Below are positions 1-14,782 of a DNA stretch of 64,000 nt, one piece after another (positions within the stretch are counted from its first letter, which is position 1; each line of letters opens with the position of its first letter). The notes under the pieces were generated by a model, which was given only the letters and a program-made list of their open reading frames with translations, was not told the DNA's origin and did no database searches. The DNA is taken from assembly GCF_009914755.1 (NCBI RefSeq), contig NC_060926.1, one strand, 5' to 3'. Origin of the DNA: the human T2T-CHM13v2.0 reference genome, Homo sapiens. Position numbers and translations under genes: made by a program.

Positions 1-88
1 ATCAGGTTCTTCTGGTGTCATAGAATCTTGAGGAATCTTTTCTCTGTTTTCTAAGAGTTATGTAAAATTGATGATATTTCTTTCATAA

Positions 89-458
<370 letters not shown>

Positions 459-494
459 ATGGGAAGGTTTTTAAATGCTGTATTTAATTATTAA

Positions 495-921
<427 letters not shown>

Positions 922-1113
922 AATGTCCTCTTATTTTTTAAAAAAATGCCTTTAAAATATTTCTAGCAATCATCGTTTTCATTCCAGATACAGTTATTTG
1001 TGCTACCTCTGTTCTTTTTTATCAGCCTATCAGGAATTTATCAATTAGTGTTTCCAAATAACCAATTTTGGTTTTGTTCATCCTCTATTGTAAATTTGTT
1101 TTGTATTTAATGA

Positions 1114-1529
<416 letters not shown>

Positions 1530-2182
1530 TAGATTATTTATTTTTAGCCTTTTTTCAATATATCTCCATGTAAGCATAAGTTCGGTTATACCTCACAAAT
1601 TTATATTTTGAATATTTACATTTTAATTCAGTTCAAAATACATTCTAATTTCCACTGTCATTTTATCTTTAACCTGTGGTTTGTCTAGAAGTGTATTTTT
1701 AAATTTCCAGAAACACATTGGAATTTTCCAGTCATCTTTTTGTTATTTCCTAGCTTAATAATAAAAGAATATAGTCTGTGTGATTTAAATTCTTTGACAT
1801 TTTAAAATACTTGTTTTATGACTCAGTGTATGATTACATTCTATAGGAAGGTCTGTATGCACTTGAACTCAATGAGTATCTGCAGCTCTTAGGGTACAAC
1901 ATTCTAGGTCATCTAGATCAAGTTTGTTAAACACGTTTTTCAAATCACCTATATCTGTTCTGATGTTCACCTATGTATTCTGTCACTTACTAAAAGATTT
2001 GTTAAATTGTCCTACTCTAATTATGAATTTGTTGATTTCTCTTTATAGTCTGTCCATGTTTGCTTCATATAATTTGAAGCTATGTTATTAAGGAGCACAC
2101 ATTTTTAAATTATTACATCTTCCTGCTGAATTGAATATTTGGTCATTATGATGCCCCTCTTTAACTCTAACAATTCTGGACT

Positions 2183-2330
2183 TACCGTCTACTTTGTCTG
2201 ATATTAGTACGATAGCTTGAGGTTGAACAATTTCTTTCAGTTCCTATTTGGCTGTTAGTACCGTCTACTTTGTCTGATATTAGTACGATAGCTTGAGGTT
2301 GAACAATTTCTTTCGGTTCCTATTTGGCTG
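2183..2330. repeat. 72-bp tandem duplication with a 4-bp spacer
   Basis: 2183-2254 vs 2259-2330, one mismatch (tttcag/tttcgg); spacer ttag. Confidence 0.95.
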
Positions 2331-3047
2331 AGGGTTTTTGTCATAAATGGAAGCTGAATTTTGTCACATACTTTTCCTGCATTTATTGAGATGATCATAG
2401 AGTTTTTTTCCTTTTGTCTGTGGATATGAATTATGTCAACTGTCTTTTCCAGGCATGTTGTTTATTCATTCATTCATCTGGCCATTATCTGTGAGCAGTC
2501 ATTGCCACCGGGCACTGTGTTGGATGTTGGAGGTGCAGTTCTGACTGTGGGGAAGGTCCCTGCCTTTGTAGAGCTGAGTCTCAGTCTACCTCTTGGGTTC
2601 TAAGGTGAGATTGCCAGGGGTCACTGGCTCTGAGATTGCCAGGGGTCATATTACTTCTGGTTTGAGGAGTGTGCTGCCCCCATGGACCTGAATCTTGCAG
2701 TTCTCTTGAACTTCCCTGGGAGAATGTGTTAAGCCCCAGGTACTCCCAGAAATGAGGCAAATCAGGAGGTCTTGGCTGGGGAAACTGAGAGCTAGCCTTG
2801 CAGCTACTACTGATAAGTTAAATTTTAACTCTGGGCTGTGATGTAATCCCTGAGGGACACAGCATCTTGTCCCTGGCTTGTCATGGCTAGAGAGTGGAGC
2901 TTATAGCCCTGGTATTCACGACTTTCTTCCCCACCCAAGAGGGAGGGGAACTAGAGCTCTTCAAAGATGTTAAAAATTAAAAACAATAACCCCACCATAC
3001 TTTCTCATTAAAAAAAGAGTCACATCAAATTAGAGAAATAATACTAT

Positions 3048-3200
3048 TAGCCAGGTGTGGTGGCACCAGCCTGCAGTCCCAGCTACTTGGGGGACTGAGG
3101 CAGGAGGACAGCTTGAGTGCAGGAGTTCAAGGCTGCAGTGAGTTGTGATCACACTGCACTTTTCAGCCTAGGCGACAGAGTGAGAGCTTGTCTCAAAAAA
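3048..3200 (+). mobile_element. Alu right arm (AluJ/FRAM-like)
   Basis: ttagccaggtgtggtggc...ttcaaggctgcagtgag...tgtctcaaaa. Confidence 0.9.
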
Positions 3201-3221
3201 GAAAAAGAGAGAGAGAGAGAG

Positions 3222-3284
<63 letters not shown>

Positions 3285-3414
3285 AGGAAGGAAAGAAAGA
3301 AAGAGAGAAAGAAAGAGAGAAAGAGGAAAGAAAGAGAGCGAAAGAGAAAGAGGAAGAAAAGGAAGAGAAAGAAAGAGAGAGAGAGGCAGGGAGGGAGGAA
3401 GGAAAAAAGAGAAC
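3196..3414. repeat. (GAAA)n/GA polypurine tract derived from the Alu tail
   Basis: About 220 nt, almost entirely purine, with a pure (GAAA)n core at about 3222-3283. Confidence 0.95.
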
Positions 3415-3469
3415 AATATCAAAAAGATGTGTTGCACCAGTCCTGGAGCTGTTGACCATAACACCCACT

Positions 3470-3720
3470 CTGAGGCCTCTTTTCTTAGCCTTGAAACCCC
3501 CACCGTCTCTCACCCACGTTGCTGCAACACCTTTGTAGCTGGCTTCCTGCCCCTGGTCTTCCTTCCCGCTAATTCATCCTCTCCAAACTGAGCCAGGGGC
3601 TCATCCTGAACTAAAATCTAGCCATAAAACTCCTCCACTTCAAATTTCCCACTGGCATCTCAGAACCTTCAGGATGAGCCTCAAACTCCAAGCACGATGA
3701 GTACCAGGCCTCCACGGCCC
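3470..3720. mobile_element. L2 fragment
   Basis: L2-like phrases (ctaaaatctagccataaaactcc..ttcaaatttcccactggc..aggatgagcctcaaactc). Confidence 0.55.
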
Positions 3721-4412
3721 AGCTCCTGCCCCTGCCCCCACCCAGCCTCCTCTCCCCCATATCCGCCTGGCCGTCTGCACCCTGCCACATGAGCCAGTGT
3801 GCCAGGACCTCATGCCCCTGCGTCTGCCCACACTGTCGTGTGCCCACCACCTGCATCTTGGTGGGCTTGACTTCCCAGCAGTGACTCTGTGCAACTGCCA
3901 GTTGAGTAGTCATTGAAACGAAGCCCAACCCTTCTTCCCACCTCACGCCCAACACAGTCACCTGACTACTGGATTCAGGCTCGGGTTGACCACATACTTA
4001 CTGAGCGCTAAGACCCTGGCTAGAACCCTCCACACACACCATGTGGATCGGTGACGTTCGGAGCTGCGCGGTGCCAGAGCAGGGTCTCAGAACTAGAGCA
4101 GCTCAAGCAACCCAGGCTCCGCTGGCTTCCTCCTGACGGGATGCTTGGCTCCTGCTGTGGAGCTGCAGAAGTGCGCGGCTACCCAGCAGGCGGGGCTCCT
4201 GACCTGCCAGCACTCTTGGCAGTTCTCTGTGACCCTGAAGTCCTCCTTTGTGAGAGTTGGAGGTCTGCCCCTCCAACTCAGGGCATGTAGTCCAAACCCT
4301 GAACCATCTCCTTAAATCTCTCATTCCTGCTCTGGTGTGCACAGAACTAACACTTGCTGAAAGCAGGCCTCCTCATGGGAGAATTCACACTCATGCTCCA
4401 AAACTTAAGCTA

Positions 4413-4904
<492 letters not shown>

Positions 4905-5460
4905 CTATGTGCCCTGCGGATTTGGGGAGCCAGGCCAGAGAGTGGATGTGTATCTTCCTGAGGGGTTAACTTCACTCAAAGATTTGAGGTGAAACCAGTA
5001 CCTTAACTGGTCAGTCGGTGACTGAAAACAGTCCTTCTATAGAATAGCAAACATGGGTACGTTCAAGAGTAGGATGCAGACTCTGCACAGATCCTAAAGC
5101 TACGTTGGGAAACGTCAGAGAAACGCAGCTGCTTTGGGAACTTGGATATCCTTCTCTGCAGTTAGGGGAGTGGGGCAGGAAGGACGCTGGCGCTGGCCGG
5201 TGCCGTGTGCACAGCTCTCCCCGAGCCTCTGGTGGATGGAGACAGGTGGGCCCGTAGGTGGAACTGCCCATTCCCCGAGAATGAACACTTCTGCCTGTTA
5301 TTCTTGTCATTCATGCCTTTTTAAACTCTGCAGGCTGAAACCATGCAAGTAGACAGAATCCAGCCCACGCCTGTAGCCCTAATGCTGCCCTGACGTGGTC
5401 TGGATTTGGGTTTGGGAAGCGCCAGTGCCCCTGCCCCCGGGTCCTCCACATACACACACA

Positions 5461-5513
5461 CCACCACCCCTGCCACCACCCCTGCCACCACCCCTGCCAC
5501 CACCCTGCCCCTG
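5461..5513. repeat. 12-bp minisatellite (CCACCACCCCTG) x ~4
   Basis: Units start at 5461, 5473, 5485 and 5497 (last unit one base shorter). Confidence 0.9.
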
Positions 5514-7267
5514 TCGGGCTGACAGCTGAGAGATCGGGAAGTGCTCCCTGCGGCCGCCCAGGCCTGCTTGATATTCCGGAGAGGGCGGCAGCAGCGTTCA
5601 GAATCCTTAGATGAACCTGCCTGGCGGCGCCGGAGGCCGGAGGGCGCTTGGCAGAACCGCCAGGAAGCGAAATAACAAACAGTCTCCAAAAAGCCCACAG
5701 CTCATTGAGCCCGGGAAGCGCATGGCCTCTGCTGCCCCCACCCTGTGGAGAAGCTCAAGGGGCAAGAAAGAGGAGGAAGCTGATGGGGGGCGGGGCACGC
5801 ATCTCCTAAGCAGGCCCGCCCCGTCCAGAGGGGCCTGAGGGGCCCAGCCAGCCCCACAGGAGGCCCGACCAGGGCCTCAGAACCACCCCGGGGCCTGCTT
5901 GCTGGTTGGGCAGGGCCCACCCTCACGGTGCCAGTAGCTCTGCGCGATGATAAAGGGGTGCTCAGGCCTCAGGGTCAGATCCCTAGAGAGTGACCTCTGA
6001 AGTGAGGGAGGGGAGGAGAAGGAACTCAGAAGGAAGTGGCAGAGAGGCCAGACACACTGCTGGTCTCCCCCATTTCCTGGGAGACTCGCCTTGTGGGAAC
6101 AGAGCAAATCAGGTTAACATCGCCAAGGGAGGGGATCAGAGAGGTGTCTGGGCCAGGGCCTCTCCACACTGAGGAATCAGCTGCGGCCCGCAGAGAGGCA
6201 GGGTTTTCCCTTGGTGGCACAGGCAGACACATACCCGGCCCCACAGTGGTCTCCTCCATCTGGGGTCCCATCAGAGCCATCGCTCCCTCCTGGAGTTCCG
6301 CTCAGTGGCCTGCCCCAGGGGGCCCCCGCACAGCCACAGGGCTGTGGGAAGGGAATGGTCCAGGCAGGCCGGTCAGGCCGGCTCCCCCAGATCCCTTGGC
6401 TCCCCCCAGGAGCTGGCTTCTCACTCCTCACAGACAACAAGGGCGCTATGAGATGTCATCAGAGATGCCACCAAACACCACAGGCAAGGGACCCGTCACT
6501 CAGCCCGGGCTGCTGAACGTGCTGAGGCGGCTCTGATATGCCCAGAAAGTGCCCAAGCAGGTGACACTTGGGCCAGGACAGGCACACGGAGATGACCTCC
6601 CACTGCCTCCCCAAGGATGACCCTGCTACTCTGACTGAGAGGGTCTTCAGGTCAAGGGCGGGGAGGGTGGCAACAGACACCAAAGCCGAGGGCTCTGAGC
6701 AGGCTCAGAAGCCGGGTGTGGAGCGGGAGGGTGGGGGCGCAGTGGCAGGGGCTGCTGCAGGGCCAGCTGTGCCAGCAGGGGTGGGGGCAGGGGCTCAGCG
6801 GAGCCGGAGTGCCAGGAGCTAAAGACCACCCACGCCCTCTTCTCGGAGGGCGAGCAGGCCAGGGAGAGCGACTTAAGCCACATGAACTTTCCCATTATCC
6901 CTGAAGGAGCGGGGTTCTTGTTGGTATTCTACCTGCACAGCTGCGTGAGACGCAGATATGGAAAACGGCCTTTTGGTGATCAGTCGGAGGGAAGGCCTGG
7001 CAGACTCAGTGGGGACTGGGTGGCAGGGAGGCAGGGGGAGCCTGGAAGCCCCCAGGGAGGCTGTGGGACTGGCAGGGCCCCTTCTCCAAGTGCCCAGAAA
7101 CTTCCCCAACAAGACTTCAGCCTGTCCAGCAGCCCCCGGGGACTGTGTTGCGACTGTGATTACGTGGTCACCATGGTTTGTGGACACCGAAATGTCAAGA
7201 ATGTCAAGCTCAATGCTCCCTGCTCCACAAGCATCTCCCAGAGCTGTGGGGAGGGTCATGACTGCCA

Positions 7268-7277
7268 CTATTTATAG
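7268..7277. promoter_or_regulatory. MEF2 consensus site CTATTTATAG
   Basis: Exact match to CTA(A/T)4TAG in otherwise GC-rich unique sequence. Motif only; binding not shown. Confidence 0.4.
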
Positions 7278-7332
7278 TACAGTGGCCTGCATGCGTGCCC
7301 AGCCCATTCCATCCTCTCCACGTGCACACGTG

Positions 7333-7533
7333 CGTGTGTGTGTGTCTGTATATCTATGTATTTGTGTATGTGTATATGTATGTGTATGTATGTGATGTAT
7401 TTGTGTGTGTATGTGTATTTGCGTGTATGTGTATATATGTGTATATGTATATGTGATGTGTGTATTTGTGTGTATGTGTATATATATGTGTATATGTATA
7501 TGTGATGTGTGTATTTGTGTGTGTGTGTGTGTG
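7333..7533. repeat. (TG)/(TA) compound microsatellite
   Basis: About 200 bp of alternating purine/pyrimidine with a duplicated ~50-bp sub-block. Confidence 0.95.
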
Positions 7534-7739
7534 TCTGCCCACCCCCAAGACTTGCCTGCAGGGGTTACAATGGCTAGTCCATGCCTTGTAGCCTTATGCC
7601 TGTGGAATCATGAACACTCTGGGCCTCTATTCTCTCATCTTTAAAGGATTCTAACCCTTGGTTGTCCAACAATCAAGGAAAATAATAGATGTGCAAGGAA
7701 GCTGCCTACCATTACTTTTTAGAAAATAAGGGTGGATGT

Positions 7740-7960
7740 ACATTAATTTACTCATGATTATCCATTCACTCATTCAACAAATGTTCTTTGTACTAGGCAC
7801 TAAGAAATCAACAGTAGAGAAAAGAGAATTGACATTAGCCCTTGTTCTCAGGAAGTGGACGGTTTAGTAGGAAAGACCTGAATAATAAGCACAGATACAC
7901 AGTTGTGTTCAGAGTTATAAAGGGCAAGAGCAGTGAGCTCTGTGCACGGGACTAACGGGG
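7740..7960 (-). mobile_element. L2 3'-end fragment
   Basis: cattcactcattcaacaaatg..ctaggcact..cccttgttctcagg, the L2 tail signature. Confidence 0.6.
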
Positions 7961-9026
7961 CGTGCGAGGAATAAACCACAAACGTGGGGCGGTGGGATGG
8001 TGGAACTGTGAGCCCAGGACAACCCTGATGGTGGGTCCAGGAGGCAGGGACTCACCAGAGGATCTGAAGCCTGGAAATCTGTCCACAGGGGGCAAGACAT
8101 AAGTCTCATTAGTCAGAACAAAACCAGGATCCTGGGAATTTGTCCAAACAGGGATAAGGCCGATGGTAGCTGACAGGTTTCTGGGCACATACACCAGTAT
8201 CAGGAAAGGCACAGGGAAAAGAGGGACCCAGGGACCGAACAGGCAGCCCTTTGGGGGAGCAGTAGGACCATCACAAGCCAGTTCTTGGAGAAGTACAGTG
8301 TCAAGGTCAAAGGAGGATCAGTTGCAAGACTCCCCACTGAGGGTGGGCCCCAAACCTCTGTGTCTGGGCGAGGCTGACCCTCTCCCACATGGCACACCTG
8401 CAGCTGACCAGGGGGTCTGTGCTCAGTGCAGGCACCTTCCCTCTCCTCCCCACACCCAGCAGTAGGTCCTTTGCTTTCTTGGCTCTGGCCCCAAGCACAG
8501 CCGAGGGCTCTAAAGCTGACCCTGGCGTCCCCACTTTGTGCTTCGTGATGTTGCCGGTCAGAATTTGTATGTAGTCACCTCCCGACCGGCGTGGGCAGTG
8601 CTGGCCTCCTGGACTGGAGCGTGGGCCAGATCTCTGGCCCTTCAAGGGCGCTGACACTGAGCAGGGCTGGCCTGGGCCTCCCTATACACCTCTTGTTGAG
8701 GACTCAGTGGGTTTCAGAGTCTGGGACAGGGATAGTTTAACAAATGGAGGCTCCGTGGTCCCAGACCGGTGAGAGAATGTGTGTTGAATGAATGGATGAG
8801 AACAAAAGCCAGAAGCTTGAAGATATTTAGAAATAAGATCCCCTTTTCCATATAAATGAAACACTTGAAGACCAGATTTTCCAAAGCAGTTGGAATGGCT
8901 ACCCCCAAAATATCTCCCCCCCAGAGGGACTTCTAAAGGGTTAACTGACACCTGAAGGGAAGGGGCTTAACACCCCTAAAATCACAGAAAACAAATCTGG
9001 TCTGGCTCTTGGTATTCTCCTTACAT

Positions 9027-9094
9027 CCTTAAGTAGTTTTAGACACAAAATGTCTTCCTCCCTTAAGTAATTCTAGACACAAAGTGCTTTCCTC
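9027..9094. repeat. Diverged 34-bp tandem duplication
   Basis: ccttaagtagttttagacacaaaatgtcttcctc vs ccttaagtaattctagacacaaagtgctttcctc. Confidence 0.8.
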
Positions 9095-9784
9095 ATTTAA
9101 CCCTTGTAATCACACTAGGAGGAGGATGTGATTCGTGTCCATTTTGAAGGGGAGAACACAGATTCAGAGTGGGTGGGTGACTTCTCCACAGGCAGAGCAC
9201 AGACAGCCACACTTGCAGCTGCTTTAACCAACAAGCCGTGCTCCTGACCTTGGTGTTCGGCTTGGTTGCTTTGCTGTGGGTTGGTTTCGTTTGTGTGACT
9301 AAGACTTTTAAATGATTCGGCTCCTTTTGTGTGTTTGTTTTTGATCTTTGCAAGATTCTCTAATGGTTGATCCAGGGCTGCCCCTACACCGTTCTCCTGT
9401 CACATGCCCCGTTCCCCTGACATTGACATCAACCAACATAATATGCTGAAGAAGGGTCTTCGGCAGCTGGAAACTGGCCCAGGCATTGCGGTGGGCAGCC
9501 AGCAGGCATCTTCTGTCATTAGCCCTCCCTAGGGAAGACAAGTTCAGCAATGGTTCCTGGGAGAGGCTTGGGATAGGAAAAGAAAGGATGTTCCTATAGA
9601 GGAAGCAAATGTTCCAAGATACTTCCATTAATTAAGAAAATCTAGGGTAATAATACACAGTCCTCAAAGTCCTAGATTATAAAACCATTGTGTTAGGTTG
9701 AAGCAAGTATCACAAAGAAATACAGAAGGTCATTACCAAGACTTTTAGATGGCAAACATACTTAATGGAAACACCTCTTTCTTA

Positions 9785-10258
<474 letters not shown>

Positions 10259-10996
10259 CTATGCAAAAAATATGACTTTATTTTTCTATATTACTAGCTC
10301 CCTCTCCTGGGGCATTCACTACTAATCTCAGTCATATTGGAGTTCCCCTGTCTTCTTTTCTCTGGGGTTCTAGGTAAGTTCCAGGGGCAGGGTGATGGTG
10401 GCAAGCATTACATAGTTCTGAGCTTTGGGAAAGGGGACGTCTCATCTTCACCGTCATCTTCACATGCTAGTTTCAACTTGTGTTATTAACAGAAACTTCC
10501 GCTGTCCCGCCTGACCTGCAGCCAAGCATCCACACAGTTTGTCCACAAGGCCCTCCCCTGGTCGCTGTCCTCTCAGTTATTCTCAGTGTTACTCTCGGAC
10601 CCAGGAGCGTGATTCAGCAGCTCCTGCGCGGTGGGAGGTGGACAAAGGCTCAGTCCACTTGGGCATATCATAACATTTCTTCTCCTAGAAGCCATGACTT
10701 CTAAGGGTTGGAGCCTCCAAGCTTCTTTGGGATTTGGGACGTCCCTGAGGCACGCAGCCTGGGGAATGGGCTGCGCAGCCTGTTTTCTCTAGAACCTGAG
10801 CATGCAAGCACCACTCTTGCATTCTGATTCTCCAACCCCTCGCCTGGGAGGAGGCGAGAAAGGCTTGCCCTTCACCATATCTTCTCATCCCACATTTTCT
10901 GTTACATATGTTGCCTATGCCCTGAGTCCTTTCTGTTCCTCTAAACACCTGTGTTTGTTTTGTGTTTTTAGGTGTCATTTATATAGAAGAAAATGC

Positions 10997-11285
<289 letters not shown>

Positions 11286-11599
11286 GAAAATGCACAGATC
11301 TTAAGCACTCAGTTTGAACAATATACAGAGCATCTCCCTCAACCCAGAAGGTTCCCCATGAAAGGGCCTAGACTTTTGAAAACCAAAAAAGTCCCCCCCT
11401 TATTTTCCTCTACCCTGCTCTGCTCATTCCCTTTGGGGAGGTAATGATCACACTCTGGCCTACCTGCAGCTCCTAACGGTGCCAAGTACATAGAGAAATG
11501 CCAAGGGCAAGGGGCAACCGTGAGATCGCATCTTAAACAGTATCCTCACATGAATCTCCCAATAACAAAGAATTATCCTCGTGACATTCACTCAGTACA

Positions 11600-11820
11600 T
11601 TATAGTCCACTGAGCGCTCTCACTCTGTTCGTCTCATTTAACCTTACAATGTATTATTCTCACAATGTATTGTATTTGTATCCTTACAATGACCCATGTA
11701 CAAATTATCATGCCATTTGGCAGATGAGAAAACTGAGGCCCAGAGTGAAGAGGTAATTTTCCAATGCTCCACAGGTGATACATGTCAGAGATGAGACAGG
11801 ATCCAGATTCATGCCACTCC
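11600..11820 (-). mobile_element. MIR
   Basis: MIR core cagatgagaaaactgaggcccagagtgaagaggtaa. Confidence 0.75.
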
Positions 11821-12149
11821 GTTTGTTTCCAGAGAATCTAATCATTACCAGCCTTCAGAGGGCAGAACAGAAAGACAGTCACTGATGCAGAGGATCTGAA
11901 GGGCTCCCAAGCCCTCCTCTTACCCAGCGCCACTCAAATTCCCCAGGACGGGGCTGCCTCCTTTCACTCCCCACTAGTTCTTACTTGGTGTTAAGCCATC
12001 AAAGACCTCGATGAATTGCCCCTGTAGAGGGTACCATGAAGACAGGGCCTAGCAAGTTTACTTCAAGGAGAAAAAGTGCCGGAAATGAAACAGATTAAGA
12101 CAGTGGCCCACAGCACGGCAGGGGCTGACCTCCCGGGCCGCATCCAGAC

Positions 12150-12345
12150 ATTCTCACTTACAAGCAGTGTGATTCTGGGTAATTAACCAAACCTCTTTAG
12201 GCCTCTGTTTTCTCACATGTAAAGAAAAGATAATCACAGAATCTCCCTCAGAAGGGTTCTTATGAGACTTCCATGATATCATGCAGGTAAAATATCTCCC
12301 TGCCTGATTTGGAGTAAGCATCCATAGATGCTAGCTAATATCATT
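12150..12345 (+). mobile_element. MIR
   Basis: cacttacaagcagtgtgattctggg..aggcctctgttttctcacatgtaaag. Confidence 0.7.
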
Positions 12346-12422
12346 ATCGAAAGGAGGCTGTGAAAACACGGACACTAATATTTCACTAGTGTGTCATTGA
12401 CGCTGCAGCAAGACTACATTAC

Positions 12423-12860
12423 TGTTTTGAAGTTAAATAAAACATAGAGATAAATCTCTGAGTTTAACATGTTTTATTTGGGAAGCAACAACTGCAGTTC
12501 GGGGGATAGACACAGAACGGTGGCCTCTCGTATGTCCAAAGAACAGAGAAGTTTGGAGGTTTTATGAAGAGGAGAAATGCTGTGTATTGTTTTGAAATAA
12601 AGTTCCTTGGCACTAGTAAGGTTTTGGGGATGCTGGCGAACACTGATTTGTGGGTGATGGTGTTAGATTTCAGCAGGTTGTTCCAGTGGCTGTTAGATAA
12701 AACTGGTTTCAGGTTACACCTGGCAGTTCCAGCAGCCAGGTCTGCAGAGAATCGTATGCTTGAAGGAACGTCTTGTGCCTCAAGCGCTTTACCCGCAACC
12801 TCTGGACTCTGTTTTAGTTGAGTGTGACAAGAAAGACCCAAGGCGTATGAAGCTTTGACC
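12423..12860 (-). mobile_element. ERV1 solo LTR (MER67/MER4-group-like)
   Basis: Reverse complement reads ttgggtctttcttgtcacactcaactaaaacagagtc..cctggctgctggaac..aaccagttttatct, with AATAAA near the LTR 3' end. Family assigned from memory. Confidence 0.65.
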
Positions 12861-14351
12861 CTGTTTTGTAAACTCCCTTTGATGCGGTCAGAGTTCATTT
12901 GGGGAAACTTCTGGGAATAGTCAACACGGCCGGTTGGAAACGGAGGTGGAATTCAGTGGTTACAGCAGAAGCCTGCACTCTATCGTCCAGTGAGAGCAGC
13001 CCAGGGATGGGCACTCATGAAGGAGAGTGATGCTGCCCACAGGAAGCAGGCCAGTGCTGAGCAGAGAGAACCACAAGAAAAGCAGACAGGTCTGCCCGCG
13101 TTTGAGCTGGTATCACTTGCCCAGCAGGCAGGCATGGGGTGACACATGGCTGGGCGAGCCACTCGCTGGGTGGGGCATTCACGCAGGTCAGCTCAAACCA
13201 GATGGAGCCTGGGACTGTGACCAAGGAGCGAGTGAAGGTCAAAGCCACACATGGGGCTGAGGGGCCAGGTGGCCGCCTTATGAGATCGAAGGCGGGAAGC
13301 TTTGGAACAGGGCAAAAAGGGGAGCCCAGGGTGAGGGGAGAGGGCCGAGCAGCTCGGATCTCTGATGGTGAGCTGTGCAGAGATGGGGAAGCGCCTCTTT
13401 TCCTCTTTCATGTGGGTGTCAGGGGGGGTCCAGGCCTGAGGGAGCCAAGCTGGAGGGTGCAGGGTTTCGCGTCTGCCTCGGAACTGGATGTTTGAAAGCA
13501 AAGGTGAACGGCCCAGCAGGCCCGCTGGGGCACTGGGAGAACTGGTTTTTGCCATTTTAGGAATTGTTTGGCTTTGGCTTTTTTTCTCACTAAGAAATTG
13601 GAATCTGAAAGAGCCTTTCAGCTTATTGTTGAAAATCCATCAGGACCTGAAAATTAGAGACCGGGCCTGAGCTTTCAGCACATTTAAACTCACGGGAGCG
13701 AGGTGGAAAAGCCACAGGAAGTGGATGCACTAATTTAGAAAATAGGGAGAGGGAAGACAGCGCCTGTCCCCTCCCTGATTGACCACAGGTAACCCCTGGT
13801 CTCTCTGTCTACTGAGGCTGAGTGGCCTGTTCTGGGTCTGACTACCCTACCCTGGGGCCTGACTCTGCCCCGCCCCTCGCAACACTCAACAAACGCTTGT
13901 GGAAGGAGTGAACAAATGACAAGTCACGAAACCTAAATACAGGTATGTCACAAGAAGCCCTCCAGGCAGCGAGTCACTTAGCACTGCACAGGTAGCAACT
14001 TTCTAAAATATTTTACCTTTAGTATTGTCATTTCATATTTCTGTCTTTCTCTTACTTTAGTATACTATTTTATGGTGTCTTAAACCATCACGCAATTCCA
14101 CGGGTATGCAGCACAAAGAATTGAGAAGTAATTCCGATAAGAGCAGGGGAATAGTAATTGAAACTGACACCCATGTGACACTTTACAGTTTACAAAGTGC
14201 ATGGGTCGCAATTCCAGAGTCTTCAGCTTTGGAGGAGACTGAGGTGCGGGACATGGAAAAGAAGGTCATTCTCTTGGAGCCCCAACAATGACCAGGAGAA
14301 ATTCATTTGGCGGTAAAACCACACGAACCCTATTACATCACCAAGCCCTCA

Positions 14352-14782
<431 letters not shown>

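Noticed and set aside
2606-2648. 18-bp direct repeat tgagattgccaggggtca, and similar micro-duplications at ~16955, ~20088 and ~51580
   Set aside because: Real but ordinary slippage products with no further structure.
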